64,000 nucleotides of DNA from Nannocystis sp. RBIL2 (GTDB taxonomy: Bacteria > Myxococcota_A > Polyangia > Nannocystales > Nannocystaceae), in contig NZ_JAPNJW010000002.1 in NCBI RefSeq assembly GCF_026626745.1, positions 1,510,151 through 1,574,150 of the forward strand. Reading direction: 5' to 3'. How positions within the stretch are numbered: the first letter of the stretch is position 1; each line of letters opens with the position of its first letter. The notes under the pieces were generated by a model. That model was not told the DNA's origin and made no database searches. It saw nothing but the letters and a program-made list of their open reading frames with translations. The position numbers were made by a program, and so were the translations under genes. Positions 61,729 through 64,000 of this stretch are shown one piece after another.

Positions 61729-64000
61729 TCACGACAGCAGGTCGCTGGCCGCGATCGGTGCGATGACCTGCTCGCGGAACAGCGCGTAACACACGCTGCC
61801 CGCCGGCAGCTCGAGGTCGCCGCGGACCAGCGCCGCGAACACCGGCGGCCCCGAGGCCGCGGGCAACACCGCCGGGCTCGCCCCCTCGCCGGCGCGGATC
61901 CGCCGCAAGAACGACTCCGCCGATTCATTGGCCATACGGGCGAACCCACGCGCCTCGCCCGCCCCGCGCACGATCACCTGCCGACCGCGCGCCGCCGCGT
62001 GCAGCAGCGCCAGCTCGAACATCGAGATCCGCGCCCCGCTGGCGAAGTAATCGATCATCTCCGGACAGATCTTCGTGATCGCCCCGTTCGACGTCGCCAC
62101 GTTGTTCATGGCGAGCTGCCCGGTCGAGTAGACGTCGAGCCAGTGCATCGTCGATTCGGCGACGTCGAGCACCAGCGGCATGAACACCCCGTTGTCGCCC
62201 TGCAGGTCGAACTTGAGCTCGACCTTGCGCGCGTCGAATTGCTTCCCGCCGAGGTCGGCGCGCAGCATCATCCCGGCCCACGCCCGCTCGAGCCGCGAGA
62301 ACGCCATGCCGGCGTAGTTGTTGACGACCATCACCGCGTAGCGGATCCCGCGGGCCCGGGCGCGCTCGCGGTGGACGTCGACGAATTCGGCCGCGCCGTC
62401 GGGGAACGGCCCGCTGCGCAGGTCGCCGGAGCTCTGCGCGATCGGCTGACCGTCGGGCCCGTCGAACCGCAATTGATAATAGGAGCACACGCCGAGGTAC
62501 TCCCACTTATCGTCGTAGAAGGCGACCGAAAGGTCGATGTCGGTGGTGTGGCCGTCCTCCGGCTCGCACCAGTGCAGGAACAGCCGCACCACCTCGCCGG
62601 CCGGCAGCGCCACCCGCGAGCCGCGCGGCAGCGACACCGCGGCGCGGCTCGCCGTGCGCTCGTTGAACGGCACGATGACGGCGCGCAGGCCCTCGTCGAG
62701 CACGCAGGTCTCGAAGCCCGGCTTGTCGGCCAGCCGGCGCAGCAGCTCGTGCTCGACCGCCTCGCCCGCCGCCGCGAGCGCGCGCGGGGCCAGCGGGGCC
62801 CGCCGGTCGGGCGCCGAGGTGCCCTTCGTGACCTGTCCCTTGGGCCAGAACACGCGCACCGCCGCCGGCCGCCCGCGCGTCGGCAGGTGGCCGTGCAGCG
62901 TCAGCAGCAGCGGGTTCTGCAGCCGCGGCGCCGCCGCGACGAACGCCGAGATCACCACGTCCTGCGCGCCCGCGTCGGCGCCCGCGACCCGCAGCGCGTG
63001 GTCGAAGCGCCGGCCCAGCTCGCCCGGCCGCGCCCGCAGCCGCTCGATCATCGCCGCGGCGTCACCGGCCCGCGCCGCCGCCTCGATCGCCGCGTGGAAG
63101 CCGACGAACCGCGGCGCCGGCGTCCCGTCGGGCGCCTTCTTGCGCACCACCGCGAACGCCCGCGCCACGTTGGGGAACCGCTCGGCGAACTCGTGCGGGT
63201 GGAGGAACTGCCCGAGCCACTGCCAGTACGAGCGGTGGCGCAGCATGTCCTCGATCAGACCATCGGGGTGCATCGTCTCGAGGTGGGCCAGCACCGCCCG
63301 GCGCAGCGGCCGGCGCAGCGGCGCCACCTTGAAGCGATACTTGTGGATCGTCAGCGCCACCATCTTGGCCTTCGGCAGCGTGCTCGCGCCGCCGAACACC
63401 TGCTTGAGCTTGGCCGCGAACCCGCCGGCGAGGCTCCCCCCGGGCGGCTGCTCGACCCACCGCTTCTCGCTCGTCCCCTGCAGCGACGGGTCGGCGTCGG
63501 AGTAGACCGCCAGAGTGCGCAGCACGTCGGTCGCGGTCGCCAGGTGGGCCCGCGCCACCGCGAAGGTCGCCGGCGCGTTGCACTTGCGCAGCAGCGCGCC
63601 GAAGATCCGCGCCACGTTCTCGCGCACCGCGATCGCGTCCGGCAGCCAGGCCAGCACCTGCTCGCCGAACTCGTTCACCAGCGTCCCGAGGTCGCCGGCG
63701 TCGATCGGCGACATCACCTGCTTGCGCGCGCAGAACGACTCGAACAGCCCCCGCGCCGCGGCCGGCAGGTCCTCGCCGAGGTCGAGCAGCTTGAAGCGGA
63801 CCTTCTCGCGCGGCAGGCTGCGCTCGAGGAACCGCCCCGGCTTGAAGAACGGCGACTCGCGGTCGACGTGGTGCTCGCACACCGGGCACGCGCTGTAGTT
63901 GGCGCCGTCGAAGCAGTGGTCGCAGACCACGTGCATGCACGGGCTCAGCACGTGGGTCGTGCCGACCCGGCGACAGAACACGCACGGCTGGCCCTCGGTC
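61729..64000 (-). CDS. Large protein with N-terminal C3HC4 RING-finger-like zinc-binding motif (N-terminus continues beyond window end)
   Basis: CVFCRRVGTTHVLSPCMHVVCDHCFDGANYSACPVC = C-x2-C-x11-C-x1-H-x2-C-x2-C-x8-C-x2-C; over 750 aa continuous ORF. Confidence 0.6.
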   Translation of the reverse strand, partial: TEGQPCVFCRRVGTTHVLSPCMHVVCDHCFDGANYSACPVCEHHVDRESPFFKPGRFLERSLPREKVRFKLLDLGEDLPAAARGLFESFCARKQVMSPIDAGDLGTLVNEFGEQVLAWLPDAIAVRENVARIFGALLRKCNAPATFAVARAHLATATDVLRTLAVYSDADPSLQGTSEKRWVEQPPGGSLAGGFAAKLKQVFGGASTLPKAKMVALTIHKYRFKVAPLRRPLRRAVLAHLETMHPDGLIEDMLRHRSYWQWLGQFLHPHEFAERFPNVARAFAVVRKKAPDGTPAPRFVGFHAAIEAAARAGDAAAMIERLRARPGELGRRFDHALRVAGADAGAQDVVISAFVAAAPRLQNPLLLTLHGHLPTRGRPAAVRVFWPKGQVTKGTSAPDRRAPLAPRALAAAGEAVEHELLRRLADKPGFETCVLDEGLRAVIVPFNERTASRAAVSLPRGSRVALPAGEVVRLFLHWCEPEDGHTTDIDLSVAFYDDKWEYLGVCSYYQLRFDGPDGQPIAQSSGDLRSGPFPDGAAEFVDVHRERARARGIRYAVMVVNNYAGMAFSRLERAWAGMMLRADLGGKQFDARKVELKFDLQGDNGVFMPLVLDVAESTMHWLDVYSTGQLAMNNVATSNGAITKICPEMIDYFASGARISMFELALLHAAARGRQVIVRGAGEARGFARMANESAESFLRRIRAGEGASPAVLPAASGPPVFAALVRGDLELPAGSVCYALFREQVIAPIAASDLLS

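Overview
This is a 64 kb high-GC (about 70% by eye) bacterial chromosomal segment, gene-dense on both strands. Lipoproteins with Thr-rich linkers, SBBP beta-propeller repeats, a PAS-CheB/CheR fusion and a dense family of GC-rich hairpin repeats suggest a Myxococcota-like delta-proteobacterium, but this is inference. I found no rRNA, tRNA, CRISPR array, transposase or integrase.

Gene order, left to right:
- 0-9.7 kb: an ADP-heptose and glycosyltransferase cluster. It holds three GT9 heptosyltransferases plus a degenerate GT9 N-domain, a GT1 enzyme, an unusual GT4-GmhA fusion, an SDR, GmhB, and HldE. No HldD 6-epimerase is visible.
- 9.7-13.5 kb: a clearly lower-GC island (about 58-60%) carrying four translationally coupled genes: a PtuA-like ABC/AAA_21 ATPase, a PtuB-like HNH nuclease, a very acidic small protein, and a minimal nucleotidyltransferase with a possible HEPN tail. 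This is the most interesting locus, a Septu-like defence module with two extra genes.
- 14.3-18.3 kb: an AraC-family regulator interrupted by an in-frame TAG, a serine beta-lactamase-family hydrolase, and a fused ABC exporter.
- 18.3-19.3 kb: an apparently gene-free stretch, then a KGG-repeat stress protein.
- 20-21 kb: a GT1-like protein.
- 21.2-21.7 kb: a degenerate palindromic tandem-repeat array.
- 22-30 kb: a Q/G/M-rich protein, a CheB-type methylesterase, a PAS CheB/CheR fusion, and a PAS histidine kinase whose 3' end is tandemly reiterated about five times in the downstream intergenic space. Two convergent NarL-type response regulators follow.
- 30.8-33.5 kb: a repeat-rich gap with a perfect 85-bp tandem duplication and a 3-copy dispersed repeat, a sigma-70-like protein lacking region 4, and a Pro-rich lipoprotein.
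- 33.9-35 kb: two tandem hemerythrin-domain genes.
- 35.8-49.9 kb: a Fic-domain protein, an SBBP-repeat lipoprotein, an amidohydrolase, lipoproteins, a dienelactone hydrolase, an M28 peptidase and hypothetical proteins.
- 49.9-61 kb: a PHB-depolymerase-like esterase, a long ECF-type sigma factor, an RsbR/STAS protein, nitronate monooxygenase, an LLM oxidoreductase, a GST, Cys-rich lipoproteins and an NAD-dependent epimerase.
- 61.7 kb to the window end (minus strand): a large protein whose N-terminus is a perfect C3HC4 RING-finger signature.

The hairpin repeat family is palindromic, consensus about CATGTCC-YTTCGR-GGACATG or GTCCCGNGGGAC. It fills intergenic spaces in one to four copies, and at least one cluster is translated in frame as the C-terminal tail of a glycosyltransferase (CPEGQ x3). 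Many listed six-frame ORFs are GC-driven shadow ORFs and were not called.
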